IMG/VR virus record: IMGVR_UViG_3300045988_176106
Strand: one strand, 5' to 3'
From: a virus
Length of the DNA: 64,000 bases
Shown here: positions 29,937-39,070 of the stretch, in pieces
How positions within the stretch are numbered: the first letter of the stretch is position 1
Layout: each line of letters opens with the position of its first letter
Position numbers and translations under genes: made by a program
Notes under the pieces: model-generated
Databases searched by the model: none
Told to the model about the DNA's origin: nothing
Seen by the model: only the letters and a program-made list of their open reading frames with translations

Positions 29937-31368
29937 ATCTTGTAGCTATCGTAACATCAGGAAGCTTGTTTAACATCCTTATTACATCGACATCAATCAA
30001 TTTGGTATAAAATGGTCCAAATCTCATTTCAAAATCAGAGTCTTTCCTATCTATATTGACAGAATCGTATTTATTAGTAGGCACTTTAACCACTATTGAT
30101 ACAGCACCATCTGAGTCATATTTATTCTCAGGAATAATTTCTTGTATCTTATTCAATATAGACTTAAATCTTACACTACTAGGAATATCATCTAATATAA
30201 TAAAAGCTTCTTTTACTTTATTTTTATGTTCTTCTTCTCGAACCTGTTCTTTGCATCGTTCACCTAAATCTATAGCAACATTAACAATAGAATCAATTTC
30301 GCCATTACCTTTATAACTAGGCTTAGCAGATATAACTAATTGAAGATAATTACCAGAACGTAAAATATCTTTTAGTTTAGTATAATTAGGATCAAACACA
30401 GTAGCAGAAAAACGGTTTCCTTCACGATCTATACAATCTAGGAAGCACATCTTCTTACCAGTACGAGTATTTAAAGCACGAACAGATGAAATATAAGCAA
30501 CAACAGACCCAGAAAACATACCTTTGTACATTACAGCAGATTTAACTTCTTCTGATGTAAAATGTCTTTCGGTAACAGTTTTTACTACTAGATCCATAGG
30601 ATCGCCAGAAATATATACTCCAATAAAATTCTTTTCGTCTTCAAGAATATCAAATAAAGAAAATTCTTTAAAGGTTTTATCATCAAAATATTCAGATTCT
30701 TTTGATAAAAATTCTTTATATCTTTCTTTTATTTCATTAGTCATCTTGCCATCTTTAGCTATTTCGCGCTTAAATGATTTCTTAGGATCAAAGTCTAATT
30801 TAAACTTTTCATAAGAACGGAGCATAACACTTCGTTTATATCCAAAACAATCCATAGATCCAGAACGTATTAAAGCATCAATAGCTTTTTTAGTAATACT
30901 TGATCCAAATAAATGTGTTTTTAATAAGAAATCGCCGAAACTTTTAAATGGGCGCAATTCCATAATTTGCTTATAAATAGGTTCACCAATATTAACAATA
31001 CCAGATAAACCATAAATAATATCATTATTCCTATCTAGTGTAAAACTACTATCAGATTCATTAAGATTAGGAGGTAAAATTTTAATACCATGAGCTTTAG
31101 CATCTTCCATATAAATACGTTGAGTAGTAGAATCAGTCTCACAACTTATAATAGAACAATAAAACTCATTAGGATAATTGGCTTTAAGCCAAGCAGTATA
31201 ATAGGTCAAGTGACCATACGAGTAGGCATGCGAAGCATTAAATGCATACTGCGCAAACAGCATTAGTTCTTCCCAAAATGAACTAACTTTCCTTTCATCT
31301 TCGCCAGAAGCAACAGCACCACTAATAAACTTATCTCTTAGTGATGCAAGTAAAGCAGCATCTTTTTT
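29935..31368 (-). CDS. dnaE: DNA polymerase III alpha (DnaE-type), C-terminal gene, exon 4 (fingers end, beta-binding/OB region)
   Basis: FNASHAYSYGHLTYYTAWLKANYP aligns with E. coli [24 protein letters not shown], and GIKILPPNLN with GLKILPPDIN. The exon starts right after the intron-terminal G (..ATAATTG|AAAAAAGAT). Confidence 0.85.
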   Translation of the reverse strand, partial: KKDAALLASLRDKFISGAVASGEDERKVSSFWEELMLFAQYAFNASHAYSYGHLTYYTAWLKANYPNEFYCSIISCETDSTTQRIYMEDAKAHGIKILPPNLNESDSSFTLDRNNDIIYGLSGIVNIGEPIYKQIMELRPFKSFGDFLLKTHLFGSSITKKAIDALIRSGSMDCFGYKRSVMLRSYEKFKLDFDPKKSFKREIAKDGKMTNEIKERYKEFLSKESEYFDDKTFKEFSLFDILEDEKNFIGVYISGDPMDLVVKTVTERHFTSEEVKSAVMYKGMFSGSVVAYISSVRALNTRTGKKMCFLDCIDREGNRFSATVFDPNYTKLKDILRSGNYLQLVISAKPSYKGNGEIDSIVNVAIDLGERCKEQVREEEHKNKVKEAFIILDDIPSSVRFKSILNKIQEIIPENKYDSDGAVSIVVKVPTNKYDSVNIDRKDSDFEMRFGPFYTKLIDVDVIRMLNKLPDVTIATR

Positions 31369-31610
31369 CAATTATGTTATTCTATTGGCTTTTTATCCAA
31401 TAGTTCTTATACTTCATATTTGTATAAGTTCGGCGTACATTTTCATCCTATAGGGATGTCGAACACTCTTGGAGATATTATATCTTTTCAATCTCTACGC
31501 TCTACGGTGGCTTATAGTTTCTATAAACTTACCTCGGTATTAGCATCTCAGCCTTCACCGATTTTGCTCGATACACATTGTTTTATTACTAAAACAAGGG
31601 GCAATTACTC
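31369..31610 (-). mobile_element. group I intron (ORF-less) in dnaE, intron C
   Basis: It interrupts LRKAVG|KKDAAL (E. coli LRRAMGKKK). The 5' exon ends in U (GGT|GAGTAA), and the intron ends ..AATTG. It is a GC-richer structured island sharing GAAGGCUG-type blocks with introns B and D. Confidence 0.7.
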
Positions 31611-32067
31611 ACCTACAGCTTTTCTTAGTTTATCTGCTTCTATCTCTGTGAATCCGCACATATCCATTGATAAACGGAGGAAACCTTCCTGAAAAATCAA
31701 TTCGTTATGTGCATTTTCAAAAATATAATTATATTTTGGGAATATAAAGTCAGTCTTAGGGATTTCTCCACTGATCTTACCAATTATACGTTCGACCAAG
31801 CCATGTATACCCATTGGCCCAGGCCGCCATGTACTAACACATACTGCTATATCATGTATTGTTTTAGGTTTACACTTATTAATAAAAGAAGACATACCAG
31901 ATTCTTCAAATTGGAATATGCCATAATTACGCCTATCCCACATAATCTTATATGCTTTTTCATCATCCATTGGTAATGTATACCAATCTATATCAATACC
32001 ATGTCTATCTTTAATAAGCTTCTTAGCATACTCAAGTACGCCAAGCGTTTTTAAACCTAATATATCT
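31611..32067 (-). CDS. dnaE: dnaE C-terminal gene, exon 3
   Basis: DILGLKTLGVLEY...GIFQFEESGMSS...TWRPGPM...LIFQEGFLR aligns with E. coli FDFLGLRTLT...AVFQLESRGM...LFRPGP...ILYQEQVMQ. The frame extends upstream of the ORF-track Met. Confidence 0.85.
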
Positions 32068-32337
32068 CAAAAAAATTCTATATATCAAATATATAGTGTT
32101 AAGTTTTTTATCTTAACAGTCCAGACTTCTTTTAATCTGGTTCGGCATATTTTTTCAACCGTTCTGGTTGCACCGGCCTCGTGGGTAGATTATATTCTGA
32201 TTAACAGTTTCACCACCTATGCTCTGCGCCTGACTATTGCTTTAAAATAGCCTTCGGACTCGAGTTAGCATCACAGCCTTCTCGCTTAATTCCGGTGTAA
32301 TAATAACCAATATTCCTATTGGAAACGCCAGATTCCT
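32068..32337 (-). mobile_element. group I intron (ORF-less) in dnaE, intron B
   Basis: It splits codon CT|A in YAGIVKL|DILGL (E. coli YAGLVKFDFLGL). The 5' exon ends in U and the intron ends ..TTTTTTG. It shares long sequence blocks with the recA intron (for example ttctcgcttaattccg and cggcctcgtgg). Confidence 0.75.
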
Positions 32338-33293
32338 AGCTTAACAATACCAGCATATTCTTCAATTTTGTTCCCTTCCCATTGGGTAACAGTTTTACCT
32401 TTACTATCCCATAATGGAACATCTTCCCATAATGGTCTATCGGATAACGCTACTCCACAATTATGTACTGCAATACCATTAGCAACATATGAAGAATCAT
32501 CTAAAACAGTAAGATTATATACATTAACTGTTTCATCATTCGATTCATTGTAATAATTAGACTGTTTCCATACATCAAGAACTAATCTTGTGGAAAGGCC
32601 TTTCCCTCCGGTATGTGAACTAACAACACCATAATGGCGACTTACATTTCCTGCTTTTACCCACCTACATTTACCAATATATAATCCATCTTCATCTGGC
32701 TCATCACTAAGACTGTCAAGTATAAGAATAGGATGATCAAGTGTACATTTTACAAATGAAAAATCATCATAATTAGTTTGTTGATAGGCTAGATGAACAA
32801 GATTACTCTTTTTAGATTCATTTACTTGAGTATCTACTACAGGTTTCCAATTTAATGAAGCTGTTAAAGCTAAATATCCAACCTTAACATCTTCGATGTT
32901 CATATACTCAGGTTCAGAATCTTCAGCTCTTTTTATAGTAACTTTGGTTCCTGCAACGAAGCAAGCATGCAATCCGGTACTTGAAATACAGTCTTGTAGC
33001 TTAATAGCATCATCCCAGATTTCTTTAATTTCTGGATCAGAATTATAAAGTTTCTTTATATCAGAATTTTCTTCTAATAAAACTTCTAATCTGGGACAAT
33101 TTATATCAGGCATAAGATTAGAAATCTTATTTGCCTTTTCAAATGACATACCATGAATGCGGGCAGCCGATTTAAATACTTGTTTACCAGCGGTATAAGT
33201 AATAGTACCCAAATGAGCAAATCCATCACCGTATTTTGCTTTTAAATAATCAAATACCTTTTGACGTTTATCATTACTGAAGTCACTATCGAT
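32338..33293 (-). CDS. dnaE: dnaE C-terminal gene, exon 2 (contains the mini-intein)
   Basis: IDSDFSNDKRQKVFDYLKAKYG...ITYTAGKQVFKSAARIHG aligns with E. coli FDVDFCMEKRDQVIEHV...[20 protein letters not shown]. It is in frame for 27 codons upstream of the ORF-track start. Confidence 0.85.
32460..32963 (-). mobile_element. 168-aa mini-intein in DnaE (no endonuclease domain)
   Basis: It is inserted at GLHA|C...VHN|CGVAL (E. coli KHAGGVVI). Block A is CFVAGTKVTI, block B is CTLDHPIL, and blocks F/G are VYNLTVLDDSSYVANGIAVHN followed by +1 Cys. Confidence 0.8.
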
Positions 33294-34394
33294 CCTTTAT
33301 GTTCAGTATGGGTCGCTAATTCCATACCCGGGAATAACCCAGCTGCATATTACTATGCAGAGCAGACTATATCTTCACCATATTAAAATTAACTTAGGTG
33401 CTGTGCGCTTGGAGCCGCTTGGCTCTACTTCCAAAGGAATAGTCGTTACACGTTCAATATATAAAATATCGCTTCGCTCGGTATTGTCCATGTAGGAGTT
33501 CCACCGAATTCACACAGTTTTCATTTACTCTTTTCAGAATAAAGGGACTTTAAATCAACAAATCTATTATATTTTCTATCTAAAAATATAGTTGAATCAT
33601 TATATAGATAATTCATAATATTGAAAACCTGAATGTTCCCACCAATATCTATATCATAATTATCATTATTCCTGTCCTTATGTCTTTTATTAAGGGTTTT
33701 ATGTTCAAACCCTATATATTTAAGGACAGAATTTAAAAAAGAAGAAGTTCCGCATAGCCTAAATCTATAAGTATATCCATTTTTTGCTTTATGTTTAGAT
33801 AATGACCCATCGCCATCAAAATACCCACGTATAAAATGACGAACAAGATTCTCATCTATATTTGGAAAAACTAATTTAAAAGTCTTGTTTTCTAAACATC
33901 CATGACTTATCAGATCATTCTTAAGTTTATTACTATAAATAATTACCCTAGCATACTCTCTATTAATATTATTAGTGTACCTAGATATTTTATTATTAGC
34001 ATTAAGACTTGCTAAAAATTTCTCAAGATGATTGATATCTTCAGTTGAAAGCGACAGTCCTATAGCATCTCTATCTGAAAGTATATATCCATCTGCATAC
34101 ATAAACCCAAGCCAATATGCTTTTTCTTCAGTATCTATAATATTGAAAAAATTATCATTACATTTATATTTTTTAGAATTTATAGAATTACTTCTTCTTT
34201 TTATATTTTTAGATTCAAGAACCGAATATACAGTATATAAACTTATGTCAAGTTCTTTTGAAATTTTGCATCCAGAGATTTTATCATCTGTATACATTTT
34301 TACAATTTTATCTTCAATTTCCATATATACACCTTTCAAAAAAATTGATGTATACATATAGTAATTTATAATTTAAGATTTGTCAATAATATTA
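33294..34394 (-). mobile_element. group I intron with a LAGLIDADG ORF in dnaE, intron A
   Basis: It separates ..GGGFPD| from |IDSDF (E. coli MPDFDVDF, the catalytic Asp pair). The 5' exon ends in U (GAT|TAA) and the intron ends ..AAAGG. The 3' core contains GAAGATATAGTCTGC (S-like element). Confidence 0.8.
33521..34324 (-). CDS. LAGLIDADG homing endonuclease (intron-encoded), with an N-terminal HTH
   Basis: Two LAGLIDADG motifs (WLGFMYADGYI and IRGYFDGDGSL). Start placed at MEIEDK, preceded by AAAGGTG. The ORF-track start at 34357 is also possible. Confidence 0.85.
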   Translation of the reverse strand: MEIEDKIVKMYTDDKISGCKISKELDISLYTVYSVLESKNIKRRSNSINSKKYKCNDNFFNIIDTEEKAYWLGFMYADGYILSDRDAIGLSLSTEDINHLEKFLASLNANNKISRYTNNINREYARVIIYSNKLKNDLISHGCLENKTFKLVFPNIDENLVRHFIRGYFDGDGSLSKHKAKNGYTYRFRLCGTSSFLNSVLKYIGFEHKTLNKRHKDRNNDNYDIDIGGNIQVFNIMNYLYNDSTIFLDRKYNRFVDLKSLYSEKSK

Positions 34395-34649
34395 ATCCGG
34401 GAAGCCACCACCAACAGTATCAATACGTTTATGTGGCTCGATAGTTGTCATACCCAGTAAATATAAAATATTACTACTATTTGGATTATCAAGGTCTTTA
34501 ATACCAGCATTGTAAAGATTTAAAAAATAAGAATCAATATGATGGAGCTCACAATGATTAAGCTCAAACATGATATTCTTCTTATTATGCAAAAACCACT
34601 CCTCTTGGGAGTGGCTTAATACTAATTCTCTTAAAGTTTTATATTTCAT
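34395..34649 (-). CDS. dnaE: dnaE C-terminal gene, exon 1 (own start codon; unique 60-aa leader, then the palm segment up to FPD)
   Basis: It ends ..NILYLLGMTTIEPHKRIDTVGGGFPD and joins IDSDF of exon 2. The TAA directly after GAT is intronic. Confidence 0.75.
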
Positions 34650-34660
34650 TTTATCTTACT

Positions 34661-34924
34661 TTAGAATAACTCAAGTTGAGGATTTTCATATGCCCATCCC
34701 CATACTTCAAATTCAGTATCAGATACCATTTCAATAGTGAACTTTTTATTTTTAAGAATAGAGATAATTTTGTCAACAATATGTGGCTCATATGATTCCA
34801 ATTTAAATACATGAGAATCTTTACCTTTGCTTGCTGCATCAAATATAGCATCCCAAATAGGTTTCATTATATTATTTAAACCTTCTTGGTACAATGCATT
34901 TGCTTTATCTAATTCTTGATTCAT
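34661..34924 (-). CDS. hypothetical protein (last gene of the dnaE-splitting cassette)
   Basis: 87-aa ORF. No motif recognised. Confidence 0.4.
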   Translation of the reverse strand: MNQELDKANALYQEGLNNIMKPIWDAIFDAASKGKDSHVFKLESYEPHIVDKIISILKNKKFTIEMVSDTEFEVWGWAYENPQLELF

Positions 34925-34935
34925 ATTAATTCTTT

Positions 34936-35544
34936 CTAAGTAAGTTTAAAAGTTTTTTCCCAATAATACATTAAAGGTTTAGAGCAATATTTAATATAGT
35001 CTAATGCACTAATATTTTTAGGTAGTAGGTCTACAATAGCACATATTGCAGGTCCTTCTATATAAGCAGAGTGCTTTAATGTACAATCAAAAATAAAAGG
35101 TTCGCCATCATTATATTTTTTTATTGTCTCTTCCGAGTCAGAAGAATCTTTTTTATAAATGGTAATTTCTGGCGGATTAGTATAACGAATAGGAATAAAT
35201 ATTCTTATTCTACGATCATCAAAATTATGATCATCTACATGTGGATCTACATTACAATCTTCAAAAAGATTAAATTCAATAGAGGCTATTTTATATCCTT
35301 CTAAAGCTAATATTCTATTAAATGAATTTACACCCTTTAAAAGATCATAATAACCATTAAATCCAGTCCTGTATAATGCTTCCGTATTGATTATATCAAT
35401 ACCATATACTACAGCACTACGCCAAATGCCACTATACGTATCCATTGTATTATCAAAACTTACATCTTTATACGTTTCTGCAGTTTTATGAAAATAATTT
35501 GATATAGTGGTTTTAAGCTCGTTTATTCTCTTTGGGAATATCAT
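34936..35544 (-). CDS. cupin-type Fe(II)/2OG oxygenase-like protein (Asp/Asn beta-hydroxylase-like)
   Basis: HxD...H triad candidates VDPHVDDH ... RIRIFIPI ... FIFDCTLKHSAY. Paralogous layout to the upstream ORF. Confidence 0.45.
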   Translation of the reverse strand: MIFPKRINELKTTISNYFHKTAETYKDVSFDNTMDTYSGIWRSAVVYGIDIINTEALYRTGFNGYYDLLKGVNSFNRILALEGYKIASIEFNLFEDCNVDPHVDDHNFDDRRIRIFIPIRYTNPPEITIYKKDSSDSEETIKKYNDGEPFIFDCTLKHSAYIEGPAICAIVDLLPKNISALDYIKYCSKPLMYYWEKTFKLT

Positions 35545-36103
35545 CTATATATCTTTCTTTGTAATATTTATAAATAATCCCTAAATCATTAATGGATAAT
35601 CCATCTTTGTATATATCCATTATTAGGTAGTATCCATCATTCTCTTCTTGAATAAGAGAATGTGGCTCCATAGGTTTAAATATAGAAAACTGATACATTT
35701 GATCAAGTCTATGCTCATGATCTGTATTAAACAAACATTTTCCATCAGACATAGACATTATGATTCTAAAATCAATGTATTCATTTACTTTTTCAGAATC
35801 AGAATGCTCACCAACAATAGATCCTTCTGAAAATTTATTTATCCATGCAAACCCAATTTCATTATCATATAGCACATTATCTATACCATACAAATTATTA
35901 TTCCATGAAAAAGGATATACAGGGAAAGCAGACCATTTTGACTTAGAAAAACATATATGATCTATTGCATCTACGTTTTTCTTAATAATCAATCCATTGC
36001 TATCATCATCAATAATCTTTTTACAAAAAGAATTTTCATGCATCCACTTTATGATGTTTTGAATTCTATTTTTTAGGTTTTCTGCACCCATAAAATATAC
36101 CAT
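35513..36103 (-). CDS. cupin-type Fe(II)/2OG oxygenase-like protein, paralog of 34936-35544
   Basis: IVGEHSDSE ... FRIIMSM ... FKPMEPHSL (HxD...H). The true start may be the Met at 36091. Confidence 0.45.
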   Translation of the reverse strand: MVYFMGAENLKNRIQNIIKWMHENSFCKKIIDDDSNGLIIKKNVDAIDHICFSKSKWSAFPVYPFSWNNNLYGIDNVLYDNEIGFAWINKFSEGSIVGEHSDSEKVNEYIDFRIIMSMSDGKCLFNTDHEHRLDQMYQFSIFKPMEPHSLIQEENDGYYLIMDIYKDGLSINDLGIIYKYYKERYIDDIPKENKRA

Positions 36104-36734
36104 AATCTTTCCAAGATTTAAAATATCTTTTATTTATAATAACATCATCCCAGTCAAGAGATACGATTGAGCCGTTAATTATAAAATCAATGTAACTTAA
36201 TCCACCATATCCTATCATTATACCTTCTGGGCGCAATATATTATAAAGTCCAGAAGCATATTCATTATATGGATCAGCAGCAAGATCATCTACAAGATCA
36301 ACAACTATCAAATCAAATGTCTGAGTATTTTCTTTTAGAAAATCTTGAATTTTGACTTCATTAATATTCAGAAATGATTTATTTTCATAGCAGTGTTTTT
36401 GCTCACTATAAATCCTTTCAGGAATATTATCCTTATTTTCCTCAAGTAACTCAAAATATTTAGAAACTCCAGGGTCAACAAGCGTTATTCTATTCTCATT
36501 TGATAAGAATGTTTTGCTGCTAAGCAATTGGAAATCTCCACCACCAACAACAAGTATATTTAAAAATTCTTGAGGGGCTTTACCAGGAGGAAACATAGAA
36601 TTAAACACTCTCTGAAACATTAAGGAATATGTATAATATTCTCTAGATGCACTCCATTGAATCGCTCCATCTATATAAAATCCAGGAGAAGATATATCAG
36701 TTTTAAATTCTGGTACCATATTATCTATCATCAA
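36066..36734 (-). CDS. spermidine-synthase-like (PABS family) aminopropyl/methyl-transferase
   Basis: LNILVVGGGDFQLL (compare SpeE VLIIGGGDGG) and FDLIVVDLVDDLAADPY...LRPEGIM (compare DVIIVDSSDPxGPA...L..gG). Confidence 0.5.
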   Translation of the reverse strand: MMIDNMVPEFKTDISSPGFYIDGAIQWSASREYYTYSLMFQRVFNSMFPPGKAPQEFLNILVVGGGDFQLLSSKTFLSNENRITLVDPGVSKYFELLEENKDNIPERIYSEQKHCYENKSFLNINEVKIQDFLKENTQTFDLIVVDLVDDLAADPYNEYASGLYNILRPEGIMIGYGGLSYIDFIINGSIVSLDWDDVIINKRYFKSWKDYGIFYGCRKPKK

Positions 36735-37284
36735 AACAGAAAGTAAAATCTTTAGTTAAATCTGTTATATTATATTTATTTATAACAGCATCAACCTTTT
36801 CTTTTGTATAGTTAGTTTCACCAACTACAATACGATATTCATCAGTTATTTTAAATTCTTTTAATTCTGGAATAACAGACTGAACAACAGAGACAATTAA
36901 TTTATTCCATGTATTGTATTCAAAGAATCTATAATTATTTGATATTAGAGTGCCTCTAATTGCTATAGCTCTAATTATTTTTAATATAGCCATCTTGCAT
37001 GCATGTCTATGCATAAATGCAATGCCACCTATAGCTGAATTAGTTTCATCTATATCTTGACTAAAAAATCCTACATCTTTATATCCTGTATTAACTATAT
37101 ATAAATCTTGAGGAAGCTTAGGATTAACATAAGTCTGCACAGTTCTTAAATCTCTTTTTCCTGGGAATACATCAGTAATCCAGTCATCAAAATCCATTTG
37201 ATAATCATTAATCTGATAATCTTTGTTTATACATTCAATCATAAACTCAACATCAGATTCAGTAGCTTTTCTAATAGAAATCAT
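36721..37284 (-). CDS. GNAT-like acetyltransferase (weak call)
   Basis: It has an N-terminal IRKATESDVEFM opening typical of GNATs and is 187 aa. The acetyl-CoA loop is not clearly identified. Confidence 0.3.
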   Translation of the reverse strand: MISIRKATESDVEFMIECINKDYQINDYQMDFDDWITDVFPGKRDLRTVQTYVNPKLPQDLYIVNTGYKDVGFFSQDIDETNSAIGGIAFMHRHACKMAILKIIRAIAIRGTLISNNYRFFEYNTWNKLIVSVVQSVIPELKEFKITDEYRIVVGETNYTKEKVDAVINKYNITDLTKDFTFCFDDR

Positions 37285-38384
37285 ATTTTAAGTCTTTCAA
37301 ATATTTTAGGTAGATTATATATATATTTGTCTATAAATGGACTTATAGTTTTATCTCCAACATCAATTGCCATTACAATTTGATATAATGGACGGATAAT
37401 TAAATCTTGCCATTCATCACTTAGCCAATATAATTTATCATCTACCTTTAAATCTCTGTATTGTATATTTTTAACAGAACATAATGTAAGATTGTTTTCG
37501 TTCTTTTCTACAAATGGGAAAGATCCATTATCAATTTTTAAATTATTTTTATTAAAAAACTGTATCACTTTAGGAGAGAAAAACATTTCTTCTTCATTTG
37601 CAGCATGGTCTCTACACATGTAGATATTACCTCTAGGGCTTAATGCCCTAATCCATTTACTACATTGTGTCTTTTCCCCGTTATTATACCAAGATGAAGA
37701 TAATAACTCTTTAGCAATAAATAATTCAACCTCACCAATCATATTATTATCAGAAATATCTTTTATAACTTTATAGATATTTTTAATAAATGCTTTCATA
37801 AACTTTTGAGGAATAACAACAGCTTTATCAGTTTGAAATATAGTTAATGGCTCATAAGAAAAATATCTTACTCCAATATCAAAAAATTTTTTATAATTTT
37901 TATATATATTAGAATAATTAGATATATTATATAATACAGAACTTATACCAACATTTGCGCCATTATTAATAAGAGTTTTTAAATTTCGAATAACGAAGTT
38001 ATATTCCTCTAAACTATTAAATCGCTTAGCGTTATCTTCATAATCAAATCCATCAAGAGATAATAATATCTCATCAATGTTATTAGCTATAAAAGATAAA
38101 TCCTCATCAGAATAATCTTTAAAGACACCATTGGTATAAAGTCTATAAGAAAACTTTTTATCAGAATGCTTACTACTAATAAGCTTTATAGTATCAAATA
38201 TTAAATCTTTATGTAGCGTAGGTTCGCCACCATAAAACTCTACAACATTTTTATTAGTAGAGTAGGTACTAATAAAATCATCTATTTTATTTAAATCTAA
38301 AAACGGACTCATATTTTTAGACTGTATACAGCAGTATGTACAATCCAAATCACAATGGTTACTAAATACAATAGGTAATAACAT
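37281..38384 (-). CDS. radical SAM enzyme with a C-terminal Cys-containing (SPASM/twitch-like) extension
   Basis: CX3CX2C at residues 11-18 (NHCDLDCTYCC), EFYGGEPTL, and later CSKWIRALSPRGNIYMC. The layout resembles anSME/peptide-maturase enzymes. Confidence 0.75.
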   Translation of the reverse strand: MLLPIVFSNHCDLDCTYCCIQSKNMSPFLDLNKIDDFISTYSTNKNVVEFYGGEPTLHKDLIFDTIKLISSKHSDKKFSYRLYTNGVFKDYSDEDLSFIANNIDEILLSLDGFDYEDNAKRFNSLEEYNFVIRNLKTLINNGANVGISSVLYNISNYSNIYKNYKKFFDIGVRYFSYEPLTIFQTDKAVVIPQKFMKAFIKNIYKVIKDISDNNMIGEVELFIAKELLSSSWYNNGEKTQCSKWIRALSPRGNIYMCRDHAANEEEMFFSPKVIQFFNKNNLKIDNGSFPFVEKNENNLTLCSVKNIQYRDLKVDDKLYWLSDEWQDLIIRPLYQIVMAIDVGDKTISPFIDKYIYNLPKIFERLKI

Positions 38385-38402
38385 TAAAAGTCCTAAAAGA
38401 AA

Positions 38403-38422
38403 AGCCTGCCATAAGGCAGGCT
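38403..38422 (-). terminator. rho-independent terminator between the 213-aa gene and the radical SAM gene
   Basis: Minus strand reads AGCCTGCC-TTAT-GGCAGGCT followed by TTTCTTTT. Confidence 0.65.
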
Positions 38423-38428
38423 ATTATA

Positions 38429-39070
38429 TTATTTTGAACAAGCTTCGGCAAGTCGTTTTTTAAAAGTCTCAACGCCAGATTTATTTTCATCAAATAAAAC
38501 AAATGGATGAGTAACTATTGGCTTAATCTCTTGATTCATATTTGCAACATAATCTCTAATAACAGCATAATAAACATCTGTTTCGTAGTCAAATACAAAT
38601 TGGTATTTTAAATCTATAAAATCAGATTCTTCTATTCCATTCCAAAGATCATATGTAGCAATAAGAGAATTAACAATAGCGTTAACTGTAGAAGAAATAT
38701 TATTTACATCATCTTTTGTTCTACTTATTAGTTTAGAAAAACTTCTTGGGACGTAGTACATCTCTACAAGTCCTAAACCAAAACGTAATAAGCTAATGCA
38801 ATTTATAAATTCCTTAGAATTTTTATCTACAGTTTCACTTTGAGATATTTGCTCTATTGCCCAATTAAATAGGTCTTTAATAGAGACATATATGTCCATA
38901 TCAAAATCTAGATCTTCTAAGTCATTGGCAAGAAAAAACAATCTTTCACAAAGTAACGTATCGTCTTTATCTCTTTGCCATTCATTTTTTAAAAAATCAC
39001 CAAGACGTTCTTTATTAGGATCATTTACGACAAAATTGTCAAAATCATAAAAAGAAAATTTGCTAGCCAT
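38429..39070 (-). CDS. hypothetical acidic protein
   Basis: 213 aa. Its start overlaps the stop of the 69-aa ORF (TAATG). No motif recognised. Confidence 0.45.
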   Translation of the reverse strand: MASKFSFYDFDNFVVNDPNKERLGDFLKNEWQRDKDDTLLCERLFFLANDLEDLDFDMDIYVSIKDLFNWAIEQISQSETVDKNSKEFINCISLLRFGLGLVEMYYVPRSFSKLISRTKDDVNNISSTVNAIVNSLIATYDLWNGIEESDFIDLKYQFVFDYETDVYYAVIRDYVANMNQEIKPIVTHPFVLFDENKSGVETFKKRLAEACSK

